A stretch of 64,000 nt of DNA from Candidatus Aminicenantes bacterium (GTDB taxonomy: Bacteria; Acidobacteriota; Aminicenantia; S016-38), in NCBI GenBank assembly GCA_026991555.1, contig JALXBI010000050.1, forward strand, positions 245-64,244, in the 5' to 3' direction. Positions 45,721 through 55,861 of the stretch are shown one piece after another (the first letter of the stretch is position 1; the number at the start of each line of letters is the position of its first letter). Under the pieces are notes generated by a model. The model was not told the DNA's origin. It was given only the letters and a program-made list of their open reading frames with translations, and did no database searches. The position numbers were made by a program, and so were the translations under genes.

Positions 45721-47202
45721 GCTGAGGAAGGAAAGGAATATCCTCTTATCCTCCCTATCCATAAGGGACGAGACGAGGGCTACAGAGCCAATGGGAAAGA
45801 AAATAACGGGAAGCCAGGGATTTAAACTCTTCAAAAATAGGGAAAGGATGAGGAGCCCCAGGAAGAGCATTGTTCCCTTTAAAACCGAATAGGAAAAAAC
45901 CCACATATTTAATCTTTTCCTTACATATAAAAGCTCAAGTATTTTGGAAAAAACCAAAGAAAAACCCGTAGCCACTGCAGCCCCCTTAATTCCCCATAGG
46001 GGAATTAATAAAACATCCCCAGCGAAGTTCAATATTACTGAAAGCAGCGTCGCCCTGAAAAAGAAGCCCTGGTGTTCGGTCATAGAAAGAACATATCCCA
46101 CAGAACCTATAGCCACACTGAGAATCTGGGCTGAGGTTAAAATCAAAAGCGGTTCTCTGCCCGCGGAAAATCCCCTGCCGAACACACCGAGAATTTTCAG
46201 GGGATAAACGGCATAAACCAGGGCGAGAACCAGGGCATAGGTAAAAGCCCATCGGGCGCTCCTTCTTCCTAAAGCCTCTATTTCAGCCATTTTTCCCTGG
46301 GAAAAAAGGTAGGAAATTATGGGGGGAAAAATATAGTTGATTATGTTGAGCCCGAAGCCAACGAAAAGGGCAGCTTTTGAAGCGGCTGAGTATATGCCTA
46401 CCTCTTCAGCGGGTCTGAAATATCCCACCATCAGGGTGTCCACCTGAGTGAGGAAAAGGTAAAAAAGCCCCGAGGCCATAAGCAGGAGAGAAACCTTAGC
46501 AAAGGGAGAAAAATTTATACGGGTGGCTTTTACCCCGGAGAAGAACCTCCGGTAAACCAGAATAGCGAGAATCAGCATAAGGGTAGCAGAGAGAAAAAAG
46601 GAAAGGGCCGGAGAAGAAATTCCGAAATTCACCTTCCACAAAAAAGAAAAAAACAAACAGCTCAGGGAGAAAAGACCGATGCTTTGAATCAGAACCAACA
46701 GGTCAGTTCTTCTCAGGGCTTTAAAACTTTCCGTAAGAAAATAAAAAAGGGCCAGAACAGGCAGGAAAAACCCGAAAAGTTTAACGTAGGAAACGAAGTG
46801 AGGTTTGGAAAAGAACCTGGCCACATGATGGGAAGCAAGAAAGAAAACTACACCTGTTGGAATAGAAACACGTAGTATTACACGAATTCCCATCAGAAGA
46901 AATCCCTTCACAAAGGCAAAATCCCCCTTACCGTAAGCTTCCCCTGCATATTTCAGGATAGAGGCATGGAGCCCCAGAGGCAACAACCTGACCATTATCA
47001 TGTAGAAGGTGAGAATCATGGAAAAATAGCCAAGGATTTTGGCTCCGGCCATGCGGGATATGAGCACCATAAACACCAGGGAAAGGACCATTCCCGTAAC
47101 TTTACCCACAAAGGCAACCACCCCTCCCTTAGCTACCTCCAGGGCATGGGCTCTTACTTCTTCTTCACCTTTATTCTTATGGGAACTCCCTTGAATTGCC
47201 AT
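45712..47202 (-). CDS. polysaccharide/oligosaccharide flippase (MOP superfamily, Wzx/MurJ-like)
   Basis: About 14 TM helices with the typical MOP length and pattern. The start is uncertain (49-nt overlap with der). Confidence 0.65.
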   Translation of the reverse strand: MAIQGSSHKNKGEEEVRAHALEVAKGGVVAFVGKVTGMVLSLVFMVLISRMAGAKILGYFSMILTFYMIMVRLLPLGLHASILKYAGEAYGKGDFAFVKGFLLMGIRVILRVSIPTGVVFFLASHHVARFFSKPHFVSYVKLFGFFLPVLALFYFLTESFKALRRTDLLVLIQSIGLFSLSCLFFSFLWKVNFGISSPALSFFLSATLMLILAILVYRRFFSGVKATRINFSPFAKVSLLLMASGLFYLFLTQVDTLMVGYFRPAEEVGIYSAASKAALFVGFGLNIINYIFPPIISYLFSQGKMAEIEALGRRSARWAFTYALVLALVYAVYPLKILGVFGRGFSAGREPLLILTSAQILSVAIGSVGYVLSMTEHQGFFFRATLLSVILNFAGDVLLIPLWGIKGAAVATGFSLVFSKILELLYVRKRLNMWVFSYSVLKGTMLFLGLLILSLFLKSLNPWLPVIFFPIGSVALVSSLMDREDKRIFLSFLSSF

Positions 47203-48455
47203 TTTTCCCTTATTTTCCTCTCAAGAAATTTCCTGTAAGAATCATCCAGTTTTATTCTCCTGTTGGCAAAGAAAACAAAAAGCGGAGGGTTGACCCCGCT
47301 CTGGACCACATAGAAGAACTTTACCTCCCTGGTATCGGGGACCTTTGGAGGGCTTTCCCTGAGTATGGGAAGGAGATACCGGTTAAGATCTGCGGTTTTA
47401 ATTCTTTTTCCTGCCTCCTTAAGAACCTCCTCCACCTCCTCCATTATATTTGTGATTCTTCTCCCGGTAAGGGCTGAGACGAAAAGAAGGGGGGCAAAGG
47501 AGGCGAAATGGAGCTTATCCATAAATTCTTCCCTTATTTTGAAATACTTTACAGTATCCGCCTTTACTAAGTCCCATTTATTGGCAACGAGAACCAGGGG
47601 TTTCCCCTCCTCCACCACCTTTCCGGCTATGGCCCCATCATAATGGGTGGGTCCCTGGGAGGCATCCATTACCAGGACGCAAACATCAGCCCCCCTTATG
47701 GCTTTGGTAGCCTTGATAATTCCGGCAGCCTCAAGGGAATCCGAGGCTCGGGAAAGCCTCCTCATTCCAGCGGTATCTAAAAGCCTGTATTTTTTACCCC
47801 TGAATTTGACCTCCACATCTATTACATCCCTGGTGGTTCCTGGCCTCTCGTCCACTATAACCCTCTCCTTTCCAGCCAAGCGGTTCACTATGGAGCTCTT
47901 TCCCACATTGGGCCTCCCCAAAACGAGCACCTTGACGGCCTCCTCCTTAGGACATTCCCTCCGGGGAATCTTGCTCACTACAAGGTCAAGAAGCTCAGCC
48001 AAGCCTTGATTGTGCTCTGCTGAGACAGGCACCATTTCCTCAATGGCTAAGGAATGGAAGGGAAGGGGGTCAAAGGAGCGTTTTACATCCATTTTATTCA
48101 CAACAACAACCACATCCTTTCCCATCTTCCTGAGCCTTTTCGCCACCTCTTCTTCCCATGGAAGAGGGCTTCTGGTCCCGTCCACAACAAGAAGAACTAA
48201 TGCCGCATCCTCCGCGTATTCTAAAGCTTTCCTGGTTATTTTCTCGTTAAGAGGCTGGGAAGGGTTTTCAAAAAGCCCTCCGGTATCCAGGAGCTCAAAG
48301 CAATATCCTTGCCATTCTGCCACGGAGGAAAGAACATCCCTGGTCATTCCTGGCTTCCGGTGAACTAAGGCCTTTTTTCTCCTTACTATTTTGTTGAAGA
48401 GGGTGGATTTTCCCACATTGGGAAGGCCTAATATAACTACCCTGGGTAAGGACAT
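47154..48455 (-). CDS. der: ribosome-biogenesis GTPase Der (EngA)
   Basis: Two G domains (GLPNVGKSTLFN and GRPNVGKSSIVN) plus a KH-like C-terminus. Confidence 0.9.
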   Translation of the reverse strand: MSLPRVVILGLPNVGKSTLFNKIVRRKKALVHRKPGMTRDVLSSVAEWQGYCFELLDTGGLFENPSQPLNEKITRKALEYAEDAALVLLVVDGTRSPLPWEEEVAKRLRKMGKDVVVVVNKMDVKRSFDPLPFHSLAIEEMVPVSAEHNQGLAELLDLVVSKIPRRECPKEEAVKVLVLGRPNVGKSSIVNRLAGKERVIVDERPGTTRDVIDVEVKFRGKKYRLLDTAGMRRLSRASDSLEAAGIIKATKAIRGADVCVLVMDASQGPTHYDGAIAGKVVEEGKPLVLVANKWDLVKADTVKYFKIREEFMDKLHFASFAPLLFVSALTGRRITNIMEEVEEVLKEAGKRIKTADLNRYLLPILRESPPKVPDTREVKFFYVVQSGVNPPLFVFFANRRIKLDDSYRKFLERKIREKWQFKGVPIRIKVKKK

Positions 48456-48456
48456 T

Positions 48457-49338
48457 TTAAAGGGCCAGTTCCCCGGTTCCGTCTATGTTCTTGAGGAGTT
48501 TTCCCGGTGCAATTCTTTTTATAAGGCCGGTAAGCACCCTCCCAGGACCTATCTCCACGAATTCCTCCACCCCATCCTCCACCATCTTCAGAACTGACTG
48601 GGTCCAGAGCACCGGAGATGAAATCTGGACCTTCAGGGCCTCCATGGCCTCAGAGGCGGTTTTCACCGGCCTTGCCCAGGCGTTTACATAAACAGGAAAG
48701 GCCGGATTTAAAAACTCCCTTTTTTTCATCTCTTCCCACAACCTTTCCTCCACCTCCTTCATGAATTCGGAATGGAAGGGAGCGGAAACTTTAAGGTAAA
48801 CCTTCCTTTTTGCCTTTATTCTCTCCTCTGCCAGCTTAAGGGCCTCTGTTCTTCCCGAAAGGACTATCTGTCCTGGATTGTTATAGTTTGCCACCTGAAC
48901 CCCATCAATTTCCGAAACTACCTTTTCTATTTCCTTCTGGTCCCCGCCCAGGATTGCCAGCATCCCACCGAATCCCGGTGGGGCCGCCTCGCTCATAAAT
49001 TCTCCCCTTTTTCTCACCAGATAAACCCCATCTTCAAAACTCAGGGTTCCAGCGGCCACGAAGGCGGTCCACTCCCCGAGGCTGTGCCCCGCAGCACAAT
49101 CGGGCCTTTGCCCCAGCACCCTGTAAATGGCATAACTCACGGTAAGAAGGGCAGGCTGGGCATTCTGGGTAAGGGTGAGGCTCTCCTCAGGTCCCTCAAA
49201 AATTATCTTAGTAAGGTCAAAGCCCAGAACCTCGTTGGCCTTTTCAAAAATTCCCCGGGCAGCGGGATAATTCTCGTAAACCTCCCTCCCCATTCCCACC
49301 CTCTGGCTTCCCTGTCCCGGAAAAACAAAGCACCTCAT
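48457..49338 (-). CDS. fabD: malonyl-CoA:ACP transacylase
   Basis: GQGSQ and GHSLGE active-site motifs. Confidence 0.85.
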   Translation of the reverse strand: MRCFVFPGQGSQRVGMGREVYENYPAARGIFEKANEVLGFDLTKIIFEGPEESLTLTQNAQPALLTVSYAIYRVLGQRPDCAAGHSLGEWTAFVAAGTLSFEDGVYLVRKRGEFMSEAAPPGFGGMLAILGGDQKEIEKVVSEIDGVQVANYNNPGQIVLSGRTEALKLAEERIKAKRKVYLKVSAPFHSEFMKEVEERLWEEMKKREFLNPAFPVYVNAWARPVKTASEAMEALKVQISSPVLWTQSVLKMVEDGVEEFVEIGPGRVLTGLIKRIAPGKLLKNIDGTGELAL

Positions 49339-50702
49339 TTTCCCTCCAGAACCGGATATTTTCCTGTAAAACAGGCATAACAGAAGTCCTCAGGATAATC
49401 CAGAACCCCCCTGAGCTCCTCCACGGTCAAATAAAGAAGGGAATCCGCCTCTATGAACTCCCTTATCTTTTCAATGCTCATTTTATTGGCTATGAGCTCC
49501 TCATAGGTTGGGGTGTCTATCCCGTAGCGGCAAGGAAACCTCACCGGGGGAGAGGCAATCCTTACATGAACCTCCTTTGCCCCTGCTCCCCTCACCATCC
49601 TGACAATCTTCCTTATGGTGGTTCCCCTTACTATGGAGTCGTCCACCAAGATTACCCTTTTTCCTGAGAAAAATTTATAAAGGGGATTGAACTTCTGCCT
49701 TACCGATTCGTCCCTTATGCTCTGGGTTGGCTTTATGAAGGTCCTTCCCACATAATGGCTTCTTATAAGCCCAAAACAAAGGGGAATTCCCCTCTTCCTT
49801 GAATAACCTAAGGCCATGAAATTGGACGAGTCGGGAACAGGAACCACGGCATCTGCCTCCACATGGTCCTTTTCCGCCAGTTTTTCCCCGAGAAGGATTC
49901 TCTTATCGTGAATAAACTGGCGGTATTGGAAACTGTCTGGTCTTGCGAAGTAAATTATCTCAAAGGAGCAATGGGCTCTCCTGCCTCCCCCCCTCAATTC
50001 TTCCTCGTTAAATTTAACCCCCTCAACCCCTTCCTTGCTTATTATAAGAAGCTCGGCAGGTTCCACCTCCCTCCATTCCTGAGCTCTTATTATGTCCATG
50101 GCAACGCTTTCAGAGGCCACTGCATAGCCCTTTTCTGTCCTTCCGAAAACCATGGGCCGGAATCCCCAGGGGTCCCTGAAGGCGTAAATCTTAGTTGGGG
50201 TAAGGAAAAGTGCTGAATACGCTCCCTTAACCTCTTCCATAAGTTCAAGAACTGCCTGGATGGGCTCTTTCCCCTCCTTTTCTATTTTGTAAACCAACAT
50301 CCTTCCCAGCAGTTCACCGTCGTTGTCGGAAAGGAAGAAAACTCCTCTTTTTTCGTATTTATCCCTTAGTGTCCGATAATTCACCACATCCCCGTTGCTG
50401 GCAGAGGCGTAAAGGGGACCCTGAAGGGTGGTTATGAGATGGGGCTGGGCGTTTTCCACCGTAGGGGTTCCCCGGGTGGGGTATCTCACATGACCGATGG
50501 CAGCGAAACCGTCAAGCTCCTTAAGCCGCTCCTGATAGAAAACTTCCTTCACATATCCCAATTCCTTAATAAGCTTAAGCCTCCTTCCGTCACTTACCGC
50601 TATTCCACAGGCTTCCTGTCCCCTGTGCTGAAGCATGAAAAGCCCTAAGGCGGTCATCTCTGCCGCTGGCTCTTCGCCTATATAACCAAAAATCCCACAC
50701 AT
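49335..50702 (-). CDS. purF: amidophosphoribosyltransferase
   Basis: N-terminal MCGIFG nucleophile plus a PRTase domain. Confidence 0.9.
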   Translation of the reverse strand: MCGIFGYIGEEPAAEMTALGLFMLQHRGQEACGIAVSDGRRLKLIKELGYVKEVFYQERLKELDGFAAIGHVRYPTRGTPTVENAQPHLITTLQGPLYASASNGDVVNYRTLRDKYEKRGVFFLSDNDGELLGRMLVYKIEKEGKEPIQAVLELMEEVKGAYSALFLTPTKIYAFRDPWGFRPMVFGRTEKGYAVASESVAMDIIRAQEWREVEPAELLIISKEGVEGVKFNEEELRGGGRRAHCSFEIIYFARPDSFQYRQFIHDKRILLGEKLAEKDHVEADAVVPVPDSSNFMALGYSRKRGIPLCFGLIRSHYVGRTFIKPTQSIRDESVRQKFNPLYKFFSGKRVILVDDSIVRGTTIRKIVRMVRGAGAKEVHVRIASPPVRFPCRYGIDTPTYEELIANKMSIEKIREFIEADSLLYLTVEELRGVLDYPEDFCYACFTGKYPVLEGK

Positions 50703-51113
50703 TTAAAGCACCTTCTCCATTATTATTAGATTACCCCTTTGAAATTCATATCTTACAACATCCATAACCTGTTTCACAATGCAAAGACCCCTCCCCCTTT
50801 CCCTCATTATGTCCTGCTCTCCCCTTTTCAGGATGCCTTCAAAATCAAAGGCCTCCCCCTGGTCCTTCACCTCAAACCTAATTTTCTTCCCATAAAATAC
50901 CCTGATTCTAACCTCCTTTTTAGGGTCATTCCTGTTACCGTGCACGATCCCATTACTCACCACTTCCCTCAGGGCGAGAAAAACCTTCCAGTGCTTCTCC
51001 ACATCCATACCCATACCTGCCAGCATCTCCTCAAGAGTTTCCAGAACTATGTTCATGATTTTAATGGAGGATGAAAAAGAAATCTCTATTATTTTTCCTT
51101 TACCCATGACCAA
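50703..51113 (-). CDS. anti-sigma regulatory factor (RsbW/SpoIIAB-like HATPase)
   Basis: 136 aa with GHKL ATPase motifs (ERGRGL). Confidence 0.6.
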   Translation of the reverse strand: MVMGKGKIIEISFSSSIKIMNIVLETLEEMLAGMGMDVEKHWKVFLALREVVSNGIVHGNRNDPKKEVRIRVFYGKKIRFEVKDQGEAFDFEGILKRGEQDIMRERGRGLCIVKQVMDVVRYEFQRGNLIIMEKVL

Positions 51114-52306
51114 AGCTGACTCAAAGTGGGTTTTGCCCCGGTATGAAGCATCCCCACCCGGAATATTTTAGCGGAGACCCACACAGAGGCTAAGGAAGTT
51201 AAAAACACGAGGAGCAGGGAGAGGACGATTTCTAAAATCGAAGGTGAGGAAAGAATGGCCCTCATCATCATGAAAAAGGGAGCGGTGTAGGGAAAATAGG
51301 CCAGAGCAACTTTTATCCAGTTATCAGGGGTCATAAAAAGCACGAAACTCAGGGCAAAGGGAAAGCTGATTATCATCATAATGGGTCCCAGAAGGTGCTG
51401 GGCATCCTCTTCGGTCTCCACAATAGAGCCTACGGTTAGGAAGATCGTTGAATAAAGGAAAAATCCAGCAAAGAAAAACAGGAGGAAAATTATAAATTTA
51501 GGAAAGAAACCCGAAAGCTGAAACTGGGGAAAATAGGAAATGGCGTAAAGATAAGCCCCAACACCCAGCATTAACCAAAAAAGAAGCTGGAATATACCTG
51601 CCAGGCCTACTCCAAGGAGTTTTCCAGCAAAGATCTGTGTGGGGGTTGCAGAAGAATAAAGAATCTCCACCACACGGAACCTCTTATCCTCAAGAACCCT
51701 GCGAAGGAGTATCTGACCGTATCCGATGAGGCCCATAAATAGGAGGATGGCGAAAATCATATACAGGGTAAAGGAGGACTCCATGGTTTCCTTTTTCACT
51801 TTACCTTTCTCCACCTTGAGGGTCTCCACCTTAACCCCGGCCAGAATTTCCTTCAAAACTTCCTCTTTAATCCCCAACTTGCGGAGTTTATCCCTTTGAA
51901 TTACCCTGTTTATCCTCGTTTTTACCGTGGAGACCAAGGTAATATCCCCAACATTCCTCATGTAAAGGGTAACCTTCCTGGAAGTAAAAACATCCGCAGG
52001 AACCACCAAAAGGGCATCCAGTTTTTTCTTCGCTAAAAGGGAAAAGCCTTCCTGCCTGGAACCTATTTTCTTCACCTTCAGGGGTATTTCCATTTTTTCC
52101 CTGCTGGGGGCCCTCATGAATTCAATAATCCTTCCGGTGGGATCAATTATCCCCAGGTTTCTCTGGCGATTGGAAAGCTTTCCCACCAGAGCAGGAAAAG
52201 CAGCATAGAGGAGAACGAAAACCGGGGTAAGAACCGTGGAGATTATAAACCATTTTTTCTTTACCACCCTTTTCAGTTCAAATTTAGTTATTATCCAGGT
52301 TTTCAC
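51089..52306 (-). CDS. ABC-2 family transporter permease
   Basis: N-terminal TM segment, large periplasmic loop, C-terminal 5-TM bundle. Confidence 0.6.
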   Translation of the reverse strand: MKTWIITKFELKRVVKKKWFIISTVLTPVFVLLYAAFPALVGKLSNRQRNLGIIDPTGRIIEFMRAPSREKMEIPLKVKKIGSRQEGFSLLAKKKLDALLVVPADVFTSRKVTLYMRNVGDITLVSTVKTRINRVIQRDKLRKLGIKEEVLKEILAGVKVETLKVEKGKVKKETMESSFTLYMIFAILLFMGLIGYGQILLRRVLEDKRFRVVEILYSSATPTQIFAGKLLGVGLAGIFQLLFWLMLGVGAYLYAISYFPQFQLSGFFPKFIIFLLFFFAGFFLYSTIFLTVGSIVETEEDAQHLLGPIMMIISFPFALSFVLFMTPDNWIKVALAYFPYTAPFFMMMRAILSSPSILEIVLSLLLVFLTSLASVWVSAKIFRVGMLHTGAKPTLSQLWSWVKEK

Positions 52307-53189
52307 CTTCTCCTCCTACCAGGCTTATGTAAATCTGATTCAGGGAAGGTTCAGTCCTCTCCACCTTCTGAACCTTCACCTTATCAATTATGAGGCGGAG
52401 AACATCGTTAACTTCAAGTTCTGTCTCCAGTTCAGCGAACCTTTCGTAGAGCCTGAGGGAAGAGTGGGGAATCTGCTTTATTGCTTCCCCGTCCCCCTCA
52501 AATTCTATTTTTATGGTTCTCTTCCCGTATTTTGCCTTTATCTCCGAGAGTTTTCCGTCCACCACCTTCTTTCCCTTGGAAATAAGGGCCACATAATCGC
52601 ACATTTTTTCCGCCTGCTCAAGGATGTGGGTGGAAAAGAGGACGGTCTTTCCCTTAGCCCTTTCGTCCATTATCCTTTCCCTCAAAATCTCAGAATTTAT
52701 AGGGTCAAGGCCGGAAAAGGGCTCATCAAGGATGAGAATGTCCGGCCCGTGGAGGAGAACTGAAATAAACTGAAGTTTCTGCTGCATCCCCTTGGAAAGC
52801 TCCTCTATTGCAGAAAAGGCCCTGGAGGAAAGGCCGAATTCCTCAAGATACTTAAGGGCCTTAGCTTTAGCCTCTCCCTTAGGAAGGCCTTTGAGCTCGC
52901 CTAAATAAACAAGAACATCAAGCACCTTTTCCTTGGGATAAAGCCCCCTCTCCTCAGGAAGGTAACCAATCCTGGAAAGAACACTTACATCCACAGGCCT
53001 TCCCATAATGCTGACCTTCCCTTCATCGGGCTTTAAAATACCCAGAATCATCCTTAAAGTCGTGGTTTTACCTGCCCCGTTGGGACCCAATATTCCGTAG
53101 ACCACTCCCCGGGGTATGCTCAGGGAAAGGGAGTCCACTGCCTTAACCTCACCGAAACTCTTGCTTATCCCTTGGACCTCAATGACCAT
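52284..53189 (-). CDS. ABC transporter ATP-binding protein
   Basis: Walker A GPNGAGKTT. Signature LSKGMQQKL. Walker B ILILDEP. Confidence 0.85.
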   Translation of the reverse strand: MVIEVQGISKSFGEVKAVDSLSLSIPRGVVYGILGPNGAGKTTTLRMILGILKPDEGKVSIMGRPVDVSVLSRIGYLPEERGLYPKEKVLDVLVYLGELKGLPKGEAKAKALKYLEEFGLSSRAFSAIEELSKGMQQKLQFISVLLHGPDILILDEPFSGLDPINSEILRERIMDERAKGKTVLFSTHILEQAEKMCDYVALISKGKKVVDGKLSEIKAKYGKRTIKIEFEGDGEAIKQIPHSSLRLYERFAELETELEVNDVLRLIIDKVKVQKVERTEPSLNQIYISLVGGEGENLDNN

Positions 53190-53250
53190 GGCCCTATTTT
53201 ACCATCTTTGCCCTTCCTCTTTAAATCCTGGGAATTGCCTCATTAAAAAT

Positions 53251-53327
53251 CTGTCCCCTTTGGTGAATTCGGACCTGTCCCGTTTTTCAGGAGAATTGGA
53301 AATTCGGACCTGTCCCTAAAATTTCGG
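53251..53327. repeat. two tandem copies of the GGAC-CT-GTCC short repeat in a divergent intergenic region
   Basis: gaattcggacctgtcccgttttt at about 53265-53287 and gaaattcggacctgtccctaaaatttcgg at about 53298-53327. Confidence 0.7.
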
Positions 53328-53401
53328 CCTAAAGAAGGGAAAGCTGGAGGATTCGGAAAAAAGAACTTCCCAAACCTGAGAGAAGGGTATAAACTTGTTT
53401 T

Positions 53402-54793
53402 ATGAGAACAAAAATAGTGGCAACCACGGGACCCTCCCTTGGCACCCTCCAGGAGCTGGAGGAAGCCATAAAAATAGGGGCAAGGGTATTCAGGCTCAAT
53501 TTTTCCCACGGAGAATACTCCTCCCACAGGAAGATTGCAGAGGCTATAAGGCAGGCAGAGAAAAGCACGGGCATTCCCGTGGCCATCCTCCAGGACCTTT
53601 CCGGTCCCAAAATCCGGGTGGGAAAGCTTCCTTCCCCTATTACATTAAAGAAGGGTCAGAAAGTCCGGGTGAGGAGGGAAGGGAAAGCAGGACCAGGGGA
53701 GATCCCCGTTAACTATCCTTACATAGTGGAAGACCTTTCTCCCGGCGAGAGGATTTTTATTGAGGACGGGAAAATAGCCCTTAAGGTTATAGGAAAGGGC
53801 AGGGATTTCGTGGAGGCCGAGGTAATTTCACCGGGGACGGTGAAGGCCGAGAAGGGGGTAAATCTCCCGGACTCCTCTCTCAGGATTCCCCCCTTCACCG
53901 AAAAGGACCGCAGGGACTTAGAATTCGGACTTTCCTTAGGAATTGACCTTATTGCCCTCTCCTTCACCAGGTCCGGGGAAGATGTAAAGCCGGTAAGGGA
54001 AATGGCCGGGGAAATTCCGGTAATCGCCAAGGTTGAAAGGAAGGAGGCGGTGAAAAATCTCCCCTCCATAGTGGAAGCCTTTGACGGCATAATGGTGGCC
54101 AGGGGGGATTTGGGGGTGGAGGTTCCCCTGGAGGAGGTCCCTATTCTTCAAAAGAGGATGATTTCCATGGCCAACTCCGCAAGGAAAATGGTAATAACCG
54201 CCACCCAGATGCTCAGCACCATGATAGAAAATCCCTTCCCTACCAGGGCCGAGGTGAGCGATGTGGCCAACGCAGTTTTTGATGGCTCCGATGCCCTGAT
54301 GCTCTCCGGGGAGACTGCCATAGGTGCTTATCCCTTAGAGGCCATTTCCACCATGGCAAGGGTAATTGAGGAGGTGGAAAAAAGTCCTGAATTCTGGGCC
54401 ATGCGAAACCTGCTGGATAGCAACCCCTCTGACCCCACCGAGGCCTTAGCGGAAAGTGCGGTTATAACGGCAGAGAAAATAGGCGCCGAGGCTATAATAG
54501 TCTTTACCACCTCAGGCGCCACCGCTATAAAGGTTTCCAAGTTCAGGCCAAAAACTAAAATATTCGCCATAACCCCAGACCAGGGCGTAAGAAGGCGGCT
54601 TGCCCTGGTTTGGGGAGTTGATTCCTTCCTCCTTCCCTTCATGGAAAACACAGACCTCATGATGGAAAAGGGGGTGGATCTCCTCCTCTCCTCTGGAAAT
54701 TTAAGCCCTGGTAGCACCGTGGTGGTAACCGCAGGTAAAACCCCCATGAGGGGAGCCACAGACATGGTTAAGGTCTTAAAGGTGGGAGGTTGA
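53402..54793 (+). CDS. pyk: pyruvate kinase
   Basis: MRTKIVATTGPS start and the canonical PK domain pattern. Confidence 0.9.
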   Translation: MRTKIVATTGPSLGTLQELEEAIKIGARVFRLNFSHGEYSSHRKIAEAIRQAEKSTGIPVAILQDLSGPKIRVGKLPSPITLKKGQKVRVRREGKAGPGEIPVNYPYIVEDLSPGERIFIEDGKIALKVIGKGRDFVEAEVISPGTVKAEKGVNLPDSSLRIPPFTEKDRRDLEFGLSLGIDLIALSFTRSGEDVKPVREMAGEIPVIAKVERKEAVKNLPSIVEAFDGIMVARGDLGVEVPLEEVPILQKRMISMANSARKMVITATQMLSTMIENPFPTRAEVSDVANAVFDGSDALMLSGETAIGAYPLEAISTMARVIEEVEKSPEFWAMRNLLDSNPSDPTEALAESAVITAEKIGAEAIIVFTTSGATAIKVSKFRPKTKIFAITPDQGVRRRLALVWGVDSFLLPFMENTDLMMEKGVDLLLSSGNLSPGSTVVVTAGKTPMRGATDMVKVLKVGG

Positions 54794-54794
54794 A

Positions 54795-55769
54795 ATGGGA
54801 CTTTTTGACCTGGAGGAAAAGCCTACGGTTAGCAGGATAAAAAGGGAAAAGGAAGAGAGGACCTTCAAGGGAACCTTCCTGATAAGGGAGATTTCCCTTA
54901 GACAGGGACAGGGCGGTCCCTATCTCTCCTTCATCCTCATGGACAGAACCGGGGCTATTTCCGCTTCCTTCTTCGGTGGGAAACTGCAGGACCGGTTAAT
55001 TGCCAGGGACGAGATAACCGCAGACCTCCTCCAGGAAGGGGTTTATGAGGTATCCCTCAGAAGGCAGAAAGAAAGGAACAATGTGGTGGTGGATTCCCTG
55101 AGGAGGGTTGAAGCAGATCCCGGGGATTACACAATAATTCCCAGGGCAGTTTACCCCGATGCCAAGGACATTCGCCAGGAGCTGGACCGGATGGCGGAAG
55201 AACACATAAAAACCCCTGAGGGAAGAACACTTTATAAGCTCTTCTGGAAGAAATACGGGGAAAGGTTTCTAAAGGCAAAGGGGGGTGTCAGAAAGCACCA
55301 TCATCAGGAAGGAGGCCTTGCCCTTCACACCTACATGGTTCTTAAAATAGCCCTTTTTCTGGGAGAACTCTATTCCTTGGACAGGGAGGTTATCTTTCTG
55401 GCAGGGCTTCTTCACGATGTGGGAAAAATGGAGGAAATAGGCGAAGACGGATTCACCAGGGAGGGGGACCTTCTGGGACACACGGTTCTTTCCCTCCTTG
55501 AGGCGAGGCATCTTTGCGAGGAGGCGGGATACACGGGAAAAAGGGAGGCAAATCTCCTCCACTGCATAGCCTCCCACCACGGTCAGTTGGAGTTTGGGGC
55601 TCCTGTTTCTCCGAAAACCCTTGAGGCCTTCGTCCTTCACATAGCTGACTTGGCGGACTCAAAAATATACCAGTTTTTTAAGGCCATTTCAGAAATAGGC
55701 CAGGGTGAGGAAAGCTCTGGGTACTTTAAGGACCTGGCCCGCAAAATTTACCTCCTTGACGGGGATTGA
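54795..55769 (+). CDS. YhaM-like OB-fold/HD-domain 3'-5' exonuclease
   Basis: N-terminal OB fold. HD motif LHDVGK and downstream His cluster. Confidence 0.65.
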   Translation: MGLFDLEEKPTVSRIKREKEERTFKGTFLIREISLRQGQGGPYLSFILMDRTGAISASFFGGKLQDRLIARDEITADLLQEGVYEVSLRRQKERNNVVVDSLRRVEADPGDYTIIPRAVYPDAKDIRQELDRMAEEHIKTPEGRTLYKLFWKKYGERFLKAKGGVRKHHHQEGGLALHTYMVLKIALFLGELYSLDREVIFLAGLLHDVGKMEEIGEDGFTREGDLLGHTVLSLLEARHLCEEAGYTGKREANLLHCIASHHGQLEFGAPVSPKTLEAFVLHIADLADSKIYQFFKAISEIGQGEESSGYFKDLARKIYLLDGD

Positions 55770-55861
55770 GCCGTTTAGCACCCAACCTAAGTAAATTTTT
55801 TCTGAAAGATTTGCGGTGAGGTGATATTATATTTTAGTAAATCCTAAAAAGGAGGTCTGAA

